Source of the DNA: Eledone cirrhosa
Lineage: Eukaryota
Direction of reading: 5' to 3'
Assembly: GCA_964016885.1 (NCBI GenBank)
Contig: OZ024752.1
Coordinates: 40,982,001 to 41,046,000, forward strand
DNA length: 64,000 nucleotides
This document shows positions 25,832 to 40,436 of this stretch, one piece after another. The stretch's first letter is position 1. Each line of letters begins with the position of its first letter. Position numbers and translations under genes: made by a program. A model generated the notes under the pieces. The model did not search any database. It worked only from the letters and a program-made list of their open reading frames with translations, and had not been told where the DNA came from.

Positions 25832-26336
25832 GGCTGTTATTTCTACTAGCGTATGTCACACCAGACAGTGTTGGTGGTGTCACAATAAAAATACTATAGT
25901 GAGGTGTGGAGAGCTACTTATTATCTGTAGTCACCGAAAGACAAACTGTCTTAGCAAGCTCGACTAGATTATGATATCGTTTTTGTCATGGCTATTTCTA
26001 CTAGCGTATCTCACACCGGTTAGTGATGATGGTGTCACAATAAAAGTATTATAAAGAGGTGTGACGAGCCCCTTATTATCTGTAGCCACCGAAAGACAAA
26101 CTGCCCGAGAAAGCTCGACTACATTATGATGATATCGTTTTTGCCATGGCTATTTCTACTAGCGTATCTCACACCGGTTAGTGATGATGGTGTCACAATA
26201 AAAATATTATAAGAAGGTGTGGCGAGCCTCTTATCTGTAGCCACCGAAAGACAAACTGCCCGAGAAAGCTCGACTGCATTATGATGATATCGTTTTTGAC
26301 ATGATGATGATATCGTTTTTGTCATGGCTATTTCTA
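25832..26336. repeat. about 158-bp tandem repeat, 3 copies
   Basis: TATTTCTACTAGCGTAT recurs near 25838, 25993 and 26151. Confidence 0.92.
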
Positions 26337-27129
26337 TTTTCTTTCAGCGATATTTTATATTCTCCTCTTTTTCACTTTATTTCTCTGTGTAAATATTTCG
26401 TTTTTTCTTTACCACATTTAATATTATGTAATCTCTGCGTTGTTTTTATGTAATCTTTGCGTTGTTTTTTATTCATCAATATTTTCTTTTTAGTTTTCTT
26501 ATACACACACATGCGCACATAAATATTCACTTCTTCCCTTCCTCCTTTCTTTATCTCCATCTCTCCCTCGTCTTCACTCCCTCTCGTTCTTACTCCCCCT
26601 CATTCTTGCTCCCTCTCATTCTCTCACTCACTCTCACTCCCCCTCGTTCTTACTCCTCCTCATTCTCACTCGCTCTCACTCACCCTCGTTCTCACCCCCT
26701 CTCGTTCTTGCTTCCTCTCATTCTCTCACTCGCTCTCACTCCCTCTCCTTCTTACTCCTCCTCATTCTCACTCGCTCTCACTCCCCCTCGTTCTCACCCC
26801 CTCTCGTTCTTGCTTCCTCTCATTCTCTCACTCGCTCTCACTCCCCCTCATTCTCACCTACTCTCGTTCTAACCCCCTCCCCATTCTTCCTTCCCCTCGC
26901 TCTCTCACTCTCTCTAACACGCCCTCTCGCTCACACTCACCCTCGTTCTCACTCCCCTTCGTTCTCACACCCTCTCCCTCTCTCACTCGTTCTCGCTCTC
27001 ATTCCCTCTCTTTCTCTCCCCCTTCTCTATTTTATACATATCACTCTTTACCATATATTTCAGACCAACAAACCTCTCTCATTACTTGTCAACTCATCTC
27101 AATTTTCCTAACTTTCTCCTGCCTGCTTT

Positions 27130-27510
27130 CTTTCTCTTCCATACTTTCCCCACAAAATTTCTTCTTCTCTTCCATACTTTCCCCACAAAATCTCTTCTCT
27201 TCCATACTTTCCCCACAAAATTTCTTCTTCTCTTCCATACTTTCCCCACAAAATTTCTTCACCTCTTCTATACTTTCCCCACAAAATTTCTTCACCTCTT
27301 CCATACTTTCCCCACAAAATTTCATCTTATCTTCCATACTTTCCCCACAAAATTTCATCTTATCTTCCATACTTTCCCCACAAAATTTCATCTTATCTTC
27401 CATACTTTCCCCACAAAATTTCTTCTTCTCTTCCATACTTTCCTCCATAAAATTTCTTTGGCTCTTCCATACTCTCCCCCATAAAATTTCTTCTGCTTTT
27501 CCATACTATT
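27130..27510. repeat. 33-bp minisatellite
   Basis: TTCCATACTTTCCCCACAAAATTTC.. about 11 copies. Confidence 0.95.
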
Positions 27511-28389
27511 CACACAATTTCATATGTCTTCTTCTCATCACCATACTTATAAAACTATTTAACCAACGCTTAGTTGTTATTTTTTTTAGGTTTTTTTCAC
27601 ATCCCTGTATCAACCGGCACAGATATATTCAATAGAAGCTTAGTCAATTCTTTTTGTTCAATTCGATATATGTATGTATTATAAATGTTGATATATATCA
27701 ATTTCAATATATATCGAGATAATACTATTTTTTTTCTTCTCTAAAATCACTTCATCAATAAACAAAACATAAATGATAGATATATGAAACTTTTAAAAAC
27801 CCAATAAAAATCATTTCCAAATATCCAAATATTTATCTATTTATACTTTTGAAATGATTTCATGGATCCCTTCGAATTTTAGGTGTATTCGTATATTTTT
27901 GTATAGGAGTGTGTGACTATGTGTGTGTGTATGTGCGTATGTGTATATGTGTGTGTGTGACTGTGTATGTGAATGTGTATGTGTATATGTGTGTGTTGTG
28001 TGTATGTGTGTGTGCGTGTGTGACTGTGTATGTGAATGTGTGTGTGTGCGTGTGCGTATGTGCATATATATGTGTGTGTCTGTGTGTGAGTGTGTAATCG
28101 ATGAAGAATTAGCATATTGGCCAATGAAGTTTCTAGATTATTTCTATATTGGAATTTGGAATTTCACCAATTTGTCCAATAATCGGAGAGCTCTGAACAG
28201 AAAGCACGATTTCTAAAATTAAATAAAATAAAAGGACAACAGCAGCAGCAGCAACAACACCAGCAACAACAACAACAATAATAGCAACAGCACTTAAGAA
28301 AATAATAATTCTCGAAATTAAAAAATACATATATAAATATATAAATATATAAATATATAAATATATATATACATACATATATATAAATA

Positions 28390-28471
<82 letters not shown>

Positions 28472-29203
28472 TGTATACACACACACACACAGACATATAT
28501 ATATATATAACACAGGCAACGAAAACAATTTTCTCTTTTTCAATATTTTCTTCGAGAATTTTCTTAATTAAATTCCTTTCGTCTTTTATCAGATTTTCGG
28601 TGATCTTTAACGAGTAAAACTGTAAACTCAGCAGTTATTTCTCTACGACAAAATAAACAAGAAAGCAATATCAAAAACAAATATATTTATGCTATTATTA
28701 TATGAAAATGTTATTGGAAGCTTTCGTCTGTCTTTTGGGGTTATTTCATTAACCTCGCAAAATGAAAAATCAAAAAAAATCGAAGAAAAATATATAAAGG
28801 ATAGAAAACAATCAATATCTGTTGTTGTTGTTGCTTTTGTTTTTATTGCTGTTGCTGGTGTTGCTGTTACTGTTGTTGTTATTGCTAATTTCTTAAGGTT
28901 GGTCTGGTGGATGATAGAATCGGTAATAAGTCGGACAAAATAGCCTCCTGAATTTTTTTGGGGGGTGGGGGTGGGGTGGGTTTGGGGTGTAGGAGAATGT
29001 CATGTCCGTTTATTTTCTGAATTCAATCCTGGTTTGATTTGATAAAATAAATACCTGCCATATACTAAGGTCTATTACACCAACTTACCCTACTCTCTAA
29101 AAGTGTGCGCTTGTGATTACATTAGAAACGATATCTCTACGCTTTTCAAAACATGAATTTAAGGAGGCACTGTCTAACGTCCAGGCTAAGATATTCAGTT
29201 TAA

Positions 29204-29410
29204 CACTTTAACATTTAAACCGGCCCTATCTCACCTCCTTCTGTTGAAATCGGCCGTAACTAGCTGCTCATACTGATGTTATGGTATTGTTCTCAAAATA
29301 AATAATATCAAAATCTCATAGATTCGTTATTATGCGAGATAATTATGTGAGGTAAAGCCTTTACCATGAAAATATAATAGTAAATATAGAGTAATGTAAA
29401 TGATAAAGGA
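29204..29410. mobile_element. piggyBac-like MITE (diverged)
   Basis: TTAA|CACTTTAACATTTA..TAAATGATAAAGGA|TTAA; homologous to 32681-32976. Confidence 0.75.
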
Positions 29411-29418
29411 TTAAAAAA

Positions 29419-29688
29419 GGACACAGTATATAGGATCGTCTATTTGACTTTCGGCGGCAGGGGTGGGGTGAGGAGGAAGCAAACAGACAAGAAGAAATAG
29501 TGCGCAAAATCTACAGACACGGCATATAGGATCGTCTATTTGACTTTCGGGGGGTGAGGAGGAAGCGACAAGACAAGCAGAAATAGTGCGCGAAATCTCC
29601 AGACACAGCATATAGGATCGTCTATTTGACTTTCGGCGGGGGGTGAGGAGGAAGCGACAAGACAAGCAGAAATAGTGCGCGAAATCTC
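29419..29688. repeat. 86-96 bp tandem repeat, 3 copies
   Basis: TATAGGATCGTCTATTTGACTTTCGG recurs three times. Confidence 0.92.
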
Positions 29689-29873
29689 CGCTCACAATTC
29701 AGGGAAGCGTGACAACAAAGGTCAGAGGTAGAAGCGAATGGCATTGACCCCTGGGTTAATTATTGAAGGTGCTGTTGTTTTATAATTCATATTTCCATGG
29801 CTGAATGCTCAGTTTTATGATTATCATGTTTGATTTTCTTGCTTTTTTCTGTTTTCAATGTTTTATATTTTGA

Positions 29874-30490
29874 TGGATTGGCAGTATCGGTAGAAGGTCG
29901 GACGCCATGCTTTGCATCCTAGAGTTACGTCCCTTTATGGTCTGAGTTCAAATCCTGCTGAGGATAACTTTGCCTTTCATTCTTACCGCGTCGATAAAAT
30001 AAAGTACCAGTAATACACTGGGGTGATTGCTGGCCTTGTACCAAAAGTAGAAACAATTATTATAGCTTATAGCTAGTGTGGATTGGCAGTATCGGTAGAG
30101 GGTCGGCCGCCATGCTTTGCAGCATAGAGTTACGCCCCTTTACGGTCTGATTAAAATCCTGCCGAGGATAACTTTGCCTATCATCCTTACGGGGTCGATA
30201 AAAATAAAGTACCGGGATAATTGCTGACCATGTGCCAAAAAGTAGAAACAATTATTATATGACAAGAATATTTCATAATAGCTGTTTCTACTTAAAGCAC
30301 AAGGCCAGCAATTTGAAGGGGATGGAAAAGTCGATTAAATCTACCCCAGTGCATTACTGGTACTTTATTTCATCGACCCCGTAAGGATGAAAGGCCAAGT
30401 CTACCTCGGCGGGATTTGAACTCAGAACGTAAAGGGCCGTAAAATGTATGTCGCGAAGCATGGTGTCCGACGCTCTACCGATACTGCCAA
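29874..30490. mobile_element. three SINE-1 copies (two +, one -)
   Basis: Consensus matches at 29874-30056, 30078-30250 and 30284-30490. Confidence 0.88.
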
Positions 30491-30499
30491 TGAAATAAT

Positions 30500-31445
30500 G
30501 CTGCTAGTGTTTGCATAAATATTTCATATTATAAATATTATTGTTGTTATATGACAAATATATTTGGTTTATATTGAAATCATACTGCTAATATTTTCAC
30601 ATATATTTCATATTCTAAATATTATTATTGTCATATGACAAATATATTTGGTTTATATTGAAATCTTACTGCTAATGTTTTCATATATATTTCATATTCT
30701 AAATATTATTATTGTCATATGACAAATATATTTGGTTTATATTGAAATCTTACTGCTAATATTTTCACATATATTTCATATTCTAAATATTATTATTGTC
30801 ATATGACAAATATATTTGGTTTATATTGAAATCTTACTGCTAATGTTTTCATATATATTTCATATTCTAAATATTATTATTGTCATATGACAAATATATT
30901 TGGTTTATATTGAAATCTTACTGCTAATGTTTTCATATATATTTCATATTCGAAATATTATTATTGTCATATGACAAATATATTTGGTTCATATTGAAAT
31001 CTTACTGCTAATGTTTTCATATATATTCCATATTCTAAATATTATTATTGTCATATGACAAATATATTTGGTTTATATTGAAATCTTACTGGTAATGTTT
31101 TCATATATATTTCATATTCTAAATATTATTATTGTCATATGACAAATATATTTGGTTTATATTGAAATCTTACTGCTAATATTTTCACATATATTTCATA
31201 TTCTAAATATTATTATTGTTATATGACAAATATATTTCGTTTATATTGAAATCTTACTGCTAATGTTTTCATATATATTTCATATTCTAAATATTATTAT
31301 TGTTATATGACAAATATATTTCGTTTATATTGAAATCTTACTGCTAATGTTTTCATATATATTTCATATTCTAAATATTATTATTGTCATATGACAAATA
31401 TATTTGGTTTATATTGAAATAATATCGCTAGTGTGTTCATATATA
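30500..31445. repeat. 84-bp AT-rich minisatellite, about 11 copies
   Basis: ACTGCTAAT recurs at 30584, 30668, 30752 and onward. Confidence 0.96.
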
Positions 31446-31781
31446 TTCACGTTTCTCATATCTTTTCTGTTCTGTGTTTCTATTTAGAAACGTGACATGT
31501 CTAAAATTCTTACAAAAATAACTATTAGCACCATAAAAGTGGCTTTCAGAAAAGAATTTGGCATCAAGAAATATTTATTTTCCCGACCAACGATGTCAAA
31601 TTTAATCCTGTTTTTGGCACATAGCATTTTCCTATAATGTTTAATCGTTTATATTTTTTCATTTTTCTTTATTTCCTTCTAACAGAATTATTCCATGTCT
31701 TTTAGATACATATAGAGAAATACATCAATATCTCCATTGTTGAAGTTATTGCTATTGTTATTTTTAGTTTTAATATTTAAG

Positions 31782-32190
31782 GGTGATGATTTGGCAGTAT
31801 CGATAGAGGGTTGGGCGCCATGCTTTCTAGCATAGTTACTTTACGGTCCCTTTACGGTCTGAGTTCAAATCCCGTCGAGGTTAACTTTGCCTTTCATCCT
31901 TACGGGGTCGATAAAATAAAGTACCAGTAATGTAATGGGTAATTGCTGGCCTTGTGCCAAAAGTAGAAACAATTATTAGTTTTAGTATCATTATCATTAT
32001 CATTAGGCGGTGGATTGGCAGTATCGGTAGAGAGTCGGACGCTATGTTTTCTAGCATAGAGTTGCGTCCTTTTATGATCTGAGTTCAAATCCCGCCGAGG
32101 TTAACTTTGCCTTTCATCCCTACGGGGTCAATAAAATAAAGTACCAGTAATGCACTGAGATAATTGCTGGCCTTGTGCCAAAAGTAGAAA
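31782..32190 (+). mobile_element. two tandem SINE-1 copies
   Basis: A box, B box and central domain on the plus strand. Confidence 0.9.
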
Positions 32191-32680
32191 TAATTATTAT
32201 AATTTTTTTCTTTGTCACCCGCATTGCTGATTTACTCCGTAAAATCGGAAAGAGAGCAACCCGCTTGAGGAAGGAGCGTCGTGAAGTGGGGTCTTGTAGC
32301 GAGTGTTTCTGGCTATTTTCTGCAGTAATGTGTTTGCCATTTTCTCGGGGGGGGGGGGGAGCTAAAACACCGCTCTGACTGGGGTGTAGTGTCTGTCATT
32401 CCCCACCCTCGCTCTCCCTTTCTTTTGTTGCTTAAACCTTTAGCATTTAAACCGGCCATATCTGACCAGAACTCTGTCACCTCTTTCTTTTCAAACCGGC
32501 TTTAACCAGCCACACATACTCATATTAAGGTATTGTTCTCAAAATATATAATATCAAAATCTCATAGATTCGATATTATATGAGATAATTATGTGAAATA
32601 AAACCTTTACTGTTAAAATACAATAGTATTCTTTTTGCTTTCTTTTACTTCTCTTCTTTTCATTTATTTTATCCCTTTAA

Positions 32681-32976
32681 CCCTTTAGCATTTAAACCGG
32701 TCGGATACGGCCACAATTCTGTGACCTCTTTCTATTCAAAGTGCCTCTAACTGGCTGTTCATACTGACGTTAAGGTATTGTGCTCAAAATAAATAACATC
32801 AAAATCTCATAGATTTGATATTATATGAGATAATTATGTAAAATAAAGCCTTTGCCGTGAAAATGCAATAGTAAATATATAGAGTATTGTAAATATTATG
32901 TGAGATAATTAAGAGAGATAAAGTCTTTACAGTGAAAATAGTGCAGTATATATAGAGTAATGTAAATGTTAAAGGG
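32681..32976. mobile_element. piggyBac-like MITE
   Basis: TTAA|CCCTTTAGCATTTA..TAAATGTTAAAGGG|TTAA (14 bp TIR, TTAA TSD); truncated sister copy at 32436-32628. Confidence 0.88.
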
Positions 32977-33643
32977 TTAATTCTTTCTGCTTTATTTTAC
33001 ATCTCTTCAATTCATTTTTTTTTTATCCGTTTAACAGTGTGTTCCGTTTTTGTATAAACAGCTTGGTAAAATAAAACTAATGGCGTCTTTTAGATAGCAA
33101 ACGTTACAAATTTAAATAACAGCATATTTCTACGCGTTTCTATAGTAAAAAGAGAATGTGACGTTTGCAATTTTATCAGCAACGGAGCTTGCATATATGA
33201 CTCTGCTAGATTTGGAACAATAATTGTTTCTACTTTAAGCACAAGGCCAGCAATTAACCAGTGCATTACTGGTACTTTATTTTATCGACCTCGTAAGGAT
33301 GAAAGGCTAAGTCAACCTCGGCGGGATTTGAACAATAATATCAAGACAGTATGAACAGAAGTTATTTGTGATGTTTGATAAAGAACGAAACTAATCAATA
33401 TTCTAATGATACTGATGATTAAGACGATATCACAGCATGGCCGCAGTCTAATGTCTGAAATCAGGAAAAAATATATAATAACGAAATAATATATAATATA
33501 ATAACTTTTTCTACTTTAGGCACAAGGCCAGCAATTACAGTGCATCACTGGTACTTTATTTTATCGACCCCGTAAGGATGAAGGCAAAGTCAATAATATA
33601 ATAACGAAATGATAACAACATACACACACACACAAACACACAG

Positions 33644-33716
<73 letters not shown>

Positions 33717-33796
33717 ATAATAACAAATGGAAACTATATTTATAAAACCATATTTATTTCATTATACATATTTCAAGGACCACCAAATATAACCTC

Positions 33797-34206
<410 letters not shown>

Positions 34207-34227
34207 GGTGTGGGTGTGTGCGTGTGT

Positions 34228-34284
<57 letters not shown>

Positions 34285-34338
34285 GTAAACAGAAATAACA
34301 AAGCAAGTGACACAGTGCAATAAAGAAATATATTAGTT

Positions 34339-34421
<83 letters not shown>

Positions 34422-34426
34422 ATGTG

Positions 34427-34504
<78 letters not shown>

Positions 34505-34510
<6 letters not shown>

Positions 34511-34801
34511 TAAAATAACAGATTAAAGTTTAATAAATATTTGCTCTACGGTTCTTATATATTTGATATATATTTATGCTTCTAGAGCCCTCTTTGGATT
34601 TTAATCTTCAAATTTATCATTATTACTATATCTATATATATTAGATATGTCTCATATGAAATAATACCGCCAATTTTCCACGCAATACTTTTAGTTAGCA
34701 CCCCGAACGCATAATTGGGAATATAATCACTTATTTCCTAATGTTTGTTGAGTGAGTTGGAATTTGGCCGGAGTATCGCTAAAAAGCTTTCTCCGATATT
34801 G

Positions 34802-34840
<39 letters not shown>

Positions 34841-35183
34841 ATACTTGGGGAGGGGGTCATATTTGTGTAATATTGCCAGAATTAATAACAGAACACACTC
34901 ACTGTTTGGTTGGTTTTCAATATTACACAAATATGACCCTCCCCAAGTATAACAATATTTGTTTCGACACACGATTTCATATCATAAGCCTCGCAAAACT
35001 ATATATATATATATATATATTTATTAAAATAACAGATTAAAGTTTAAGCAAAGAATCGCTGCTTTCACCCTTAACGGGATCTTCTGAAACTAACAAAGTC
35101 AATCTTATATATATTTGATATATATTTATCCTTATCGAGCCCTCTTTGGATTTGATTTTAGTCTTGAAATTTATTATTATTAC

Positions 35184-35187
<4 letters not shown>
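34505..35187. mobile_element. cluster of family E (34505-34630, 35020-35187) and family D-like (34834-34957) inserts
   Basis: Each has an inverted 5' piece joined to the forward tail, within (TA)n. Confidence 0.65.
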
Positions 35188-35262
<75 letters not shown>

Positions 35263-35675
35263 GATGTAATGGCGGCGGATATTGTCGTGGTGTTTCTTAG
35301 TCCAATGTTAATTTCCTTCAATAACACTACTCGATATTCTCGCTTCGACAACAACAAACGTTAGACGCGAGACAAGAGACAAGACAATAATTCCATCAAT
35401 TACCGCACCTTCACGTAAAAAGTAAAAACTAAAAATTAACAAAAAAAATCAAACCCAAAACACAATGCAAAACAAGATGGTCGACTTCTATCCATTTACT
35501 ACACAAAGTAAAGCAGGACGGGATTGCATACAGACAGACTGGCCAGTTGCTTGTGTTGGTTGGTTGGTGGCTGGCTTAAAATACGTCTCTCCTTGGAAAC
35601 CAAACGAAACGACTATTTGTGTTTACGTCATAGATGTAATTTAGAATTTAATGTTTATTTTTTATCTGTCAAACC

Positions 35676-35887
35676 ACATACATACATACATGCATATTAT
35701 ATATATATACATAGGTATATACATACATACCAACACACATACATACATACATACAAACATACATACAAACATACATATATACATACATATATAAATACAT
35801 ACATTCATATATACATACATGTATACATACATACATACATACATATATACATACATACATGTATACATACATACATATATACATACA

Positions 35888-35921
<34 letters not shown>

Positions 35922-36215
35922 CATACATACATACAAACATACAAACATGCATACATACATACATATATACATACAAACATACATATATACATACATACAT
36001 ATATAAATACATACATACATATATACATACATGTATACATACATACATACATACATACAAACATACATACATACATATATACATACATACATACATACAT
36101 ACATACATACATACATACATACATACATACAAACATACATACAAACATACATATATACATATATACATATATACATATATACATACATGCATACATACAT
36201 ACATACATACATACA

Positions 36216-36249
<34 letters not shown>

Positions 36250-36263
36250 CATACATACATACA

Positions 36264-36297
<34 letters not shown>

Positions 36298-36326
36298 CAT
36301 ACATACATACATACATACATGTATAC
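35676..36326. repeat. (CATA)n microsatellite
   Basis: Direct reading. Confidence 0.97.
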
Positions 36327-36599
36327 CAACACAGCTACTTAGACTGAGCTTCTGTTCAGATTTTCACATTCACTCAAATTCTCTGACGTTCTTACTTTAT
36401 TTTATTTATTTTTTACGCTTCTGTCTTCTTCTTTTCTTCTTTCTTTCTTTCTTTCTGTTATTTCTCCTCCTCCTCCTCCTACACCCCTTGCACCTCCTTT
36501 TCCACACCTTCATCATTCCGTTTCTTTTAATATTATATCCTTGTTCTTTCCACTTTGTTATAGACACACACACACACCACACACACACACAAACACATA

Positions 36600-36700
<101 letters not shown>

Positions 36701-36704
36701 TATA

Positions 36705-36960
36705 TCAGCTCAAAAGTGACACAGGAGACTGAGGTTGGCTGGACATGCTCACCGACATCCAGAGTTGACATTGCACTCAGTGCTCCTTTGGGAGCCTCTA
36801 CATGGACACACTAGAAGAGGAAGACCAAGGTTAACATATGTTGATGCCCTAAGGACAGACACTGGTCTGTTGGAGATGCAGGATATGGCAGCGATAATGA
36901 GGGACAGAGACCGCTGGAGAGAACTCGTCCATGGATCTCGGGAATTTTACCCGCCTTAGA
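36705..36960 (+). mobile_element. 5'-truncated RTE-clade LINE 3' end
   Basis: Encodes LAGHAHRHPE..VLLWEPLHGHTRRGRPRLTYVDALRTDTG..MRDRDRWRELV, typical of an RTE-group ORF C-terminus. Confidence 0.82.
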
Positions 36961-36982
36961 TAGATATATATATATATATATA

Positions 36983-37068
36983 TAGGGTGTCCCAAAAATG
37001 TATACACAACTGCTGTATATTTTAACAGATATTGCTAAAGTGTGTATACAATTTTTGGAGACATGATG
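36983..37068. mobile_element. 86-bp Tc1/mariner-like MITE
   Basis: TAGGGTGTCCCAAAAATGTATACACA versus TGTGTATACAATTTTTGGAGACATGATG, flanked by TA. Confidence 0.6.
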
Positions 37069-37072
37069 TATA

Positions 37073-37109
<37 letters not shown>

Positions 37110-37111
<2 letters not shown>

Positions 37112-37380
37112 TATCCGGGAGCTTCCAACAGTAATGGTTGCATTTTTAAGGGTATGTCAATATTTATTTATAAAACTGATCTATATTGTATTTTCTCTGA
37201 TGAAAGCACACCATAATTTAACGTGGTGTCCTTGAAATATGTATAATAAAATAAATATGGTTTTATAAATATAGTTTCCATTTGTTAATATCGTATGTTT
37301 ACTCTAAATACTTGTTGAGTGCTTTATATCAGTTATAAAAATATTTGCTTGTTGTATCCCAACAATTTAAATAGAACTTT

Positions 37381-37385
<5 letters not shown>
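37110..37385 (+). mobile_element. (TA)n-flanked insert, family L, with hammerhead-like core
   Basis: CTGATGA-..CACCAT..GTGGTG..-GAAATATGTA at 37197-37243; homologous to 51399-51657; fragments at 20270-20330 and 33715-33790. Confidence 0.6.
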
Positions 37386-37420
<35 letters not shown>

Positions 37421-37674
37421 TCCCAATTTTAAGGTTTCTTGGGAACTTTCAATGTCTATTTTGGGTTTTGAAACCTGAAGAGCTCAGGCTATCTTAACTA
37501 ATAGTCCTCAGTGAAATATTTATAACGGAGTTTTAAAATATTTGAATCAACTGAAAATGGCCTCCGATCTTTTATTAATATATTTATATACCTAATATTT
37601 GCTGGACCGGCAATCGCTCTGTATAATCAGCTCCTGATTATTATTGGATTTCTATATGAATCCAGCTTCTATAA

Positions 37675-37765
37675 TTTTCGGCGAAAGTAGGGGAGTACGT
37701 GGCTCTGATGAATGCCAACCAGCGTGAAACAGACTGTCAACTTCTCTCCCTTCTTTCGCCGAAAA
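37675..37765 (+). ncRNA. type I hammerhead motif with extended helix I, in insert 37412-37870 (family M)
   Basis: CTGATGA-ATGC caacca GCGT-GAAACAG a CTGT-C (GUC site), enclosed by TTTTCGGCGAAAG..GGGAG / CTCCC..CTTTCGCCGAAAA; the proximal helix I has one mismatch. Confidence 0.72.
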
Positions 37766-37882
37766 GAAGTAAGTGACATAGTAAGTACTTTAAAACTGAT
37801 AGCGTATGGTCTTCTAAATGTTTTTAATTAAACATACGGTATATTGCCAGATATACTATTCATGCATTCATATATATATATA

Positions 37883-38194
37883 TCTAAGGCGGGTAAAATT
37901 CCCGAGATCCATGGACGAGTTCTCTCCAGCGGTCTCTGTCCCTCATTATCGCTGCCATGTCCTGCATCTCCAACAGACCTGTGTCTGTCCTTAGGGCATT
38001 AATCAGTATACACTGAGGATGAAAAACTCAGAGCTGTATGGGAGCATCCCAAAAGTCAGCTCAAAAGTGACACAGAGGAGACTGAGGTTAGCTGGACATG
38101 CTCACCGACATCCAGAGTTGACATTGCACTCAGTGCTCCTGTGGGAGCCCCTACATGGACACACTAGAAGAGGAAGACCAAGGTTAACGTATGT

Positions 38195-38198
<4 letters not shown>
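37883..38198 (-). mobile_element. RTE-clade LINE fragment with 5' inversion
   Basis: 37883-37999 is the reverse complement of 36844-36961; 38000-38198 is the upstream part in the opposite orientation. Confidence 0.85.
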
Positions 38199-38232
<34 letters not shown>

Positions 38233-39129
38233 ATAAGTTATCGTTATAGGTAATCCACCAGGATTATGTTATGGTTTATTTAAAGTCACGTGTGATAGCA
38301 TATAGGAATATTTGTGTGTGTTTACTCGTTGTGCAATGACGTATCTAGGAACATATTCGTGAGTAAGAACGTATGTGCGAGTCTATATTATATTTGTACC
38401 TGATTTTACAAAACAATATCAGCGTCAGTCTATATATATGAATTTATAGATGTGTATAATCTTCATAGTCTCTCTGTCTGTTTGCCTGTCTGTCTGTTTG
38501 TCTGCCTGCCTGTAATATATGATGAATAAAGGAAGGTGAAGGCGTATATGATTGCATTGTTTATACAGCGGTAAGAATTTTTCAAACACTATATGAAGAA
38601 AGAATAAAATATTTGCTATATGATTTAAAAGAAGCAAGAGTATAAAAGTCATGTGAATGAGGAAAGCTGGTACGAAAGATTATGAACTAAAAACGTAGGA
38701 AATAAATATATATCTGAAAATAAAAAAAATAAAATAATTATAAAACAGAATAAGAAAAGAAAATATATATTTGTGAAAACAAAGGGAAGATAATTTCTGA
38801 CAATGAAAAAATATAAAGTAATAAAAGCTAAAAAAAAAAAAAATAACAATCTGGGAGCCACATTTATCACATGTAAATAAAAAATATAAGAATATAGAAA
38901 AGAAAATATTCGTTTTTAAAGAATAATTGGTAAATATTTTTCTATATAATATACATAAATATTTCAGAATCAGACAGATTTTAGCTTCTAATTATATCGT
39001 AACAGACCATACAATGAAATTTTACTGTTTTTACAGTGTTATTACATATTGAACATATTCAACTTACAGATATTTTATGAGAAACTACTACAATGAGATA
39101 TATGATGTATTAAAAAAATACAGTATTTA

Positions 39130-39221
<92 letters not shown>

Positions 39222-39227
<6 letters not shown>

Positions 39228-39407
39228 TAAGATTCTACAGGACTAGAAGTGTTTCATTCTTTAGAAATCATCAGGAATCCCTGATGATTTCTAAAGAATG
39301 AAACAGTTCTAGTCCTGTAGAATCTCATCTATATTAAAACTTTTATACTCTGCAATATATTGAGTACCTTACTTACTGTGGTTACCTCCGATTCAACTCG
39401 GAATAAC

Positions 39408-39475
<68 letters not shown>

Positions 39476-39665
39476 TGTTTGACTCCGACGGCAGAGCTCA
39501 AGCTGTTTCGAAATAGCCGTCGAAACGGGTTCAATCGGGGGTAACCTCAGTAAGTAAGGTACTCAATACATAGCAGAGTATAAATATTTAATATAGAAAT
39601 GGCTGCTACAGGACTAGAACTGTTTCATTCGTGAGAAATGAAACAGTTCTATTCCTGTAGAAGCT
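39222..39665. mobile_element. cluster of family A (39222-39409, 39530-39665) and family B (39472-39530) fold-back inserts
   Basis: Back-to-back hammerhead cores TCATCAG-GAATCC-CTGATGA at 39268-39287. Confidence 0.75.
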
Positions 39666-39771
39666 ATATATATATATATATATATATATATAAGAATTAT
39701 CTGTCTATTTACCTATATAACATCTATCTATCTATCTATGAATCTCTCTCAGTCACAATCTTCCCTTTCCT

Positions 39772-39802
<31 letters not shown>

Positions 39803-40436
39803 TACACACACACACACATACACACGCACACACCACAGACACCACAGACACCACAGACACACACAGACACACATATCCACATATGGGGAATTAGATACGA
39901 GAAACTGTAAATTGAAAAAGAGATAGGCGAGTGGTAGAGAGGAGAAGGCCTATGGAAAAAGAGTGAAGAGGCGGCTTCTATTGTTCAGTAAAGCTATCAA
40001 CGTTCTTTAGCAGCCACCGAGAACGCCATTTTGTTTTTCTCTCAGTTTGTGTCCGGAAGGAAAATAACGCTGGCAGGAAGTTTCCTCTCTTGTACTGTAT
40101 CAAGTGGTCGTTAGTTCATCTCAGGCTGTTTGTTCTTTTTCCTTCCCGCCTCCTTCCGACCTTTCCACCTGGCCATCTGACCATTCTTCAAACACTTGCC
40201 ACCTGTTTATTTGGCCATCACTAATTTACTTGTCAGTCTCCAAACATTAAAGAGCTCTGTTTGAAGAAATAATCAATTTATTATTATTGATGTTTTTATT
40301 ATTGTTAATTTGTCCTTGTAATGTCTCTTCATCCGTCGCCTATGTTACTAATAAAGAAATCATTATTAATATTATCATTATTGTCGGCCCTTGTGGCCAA
40401 TAAATGAAATTATTATTATTATTATTATTATTATTA

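Noticed and set aside
25832-26336. Tandem hammerheads in the 158-bp repeat (GTGATGA-T-GGTG..CACC-GAAAG)
   Set aside because: C3 is replaced by G, there is no UH triplet with a pairing helix I, and an alternative local hairpin explains the pairing
35265-35353. Solo LTR (TGT..ACA)
   Set aside because: No TSD, second copy or primer-binding site seen
40015-40085. Promoter-like cluster (CGCCATTTT, CCGGAAG, CAGGAAG)
   Set aside because: Short motifs with no linked gene or CpG island; chance cannot be excluded
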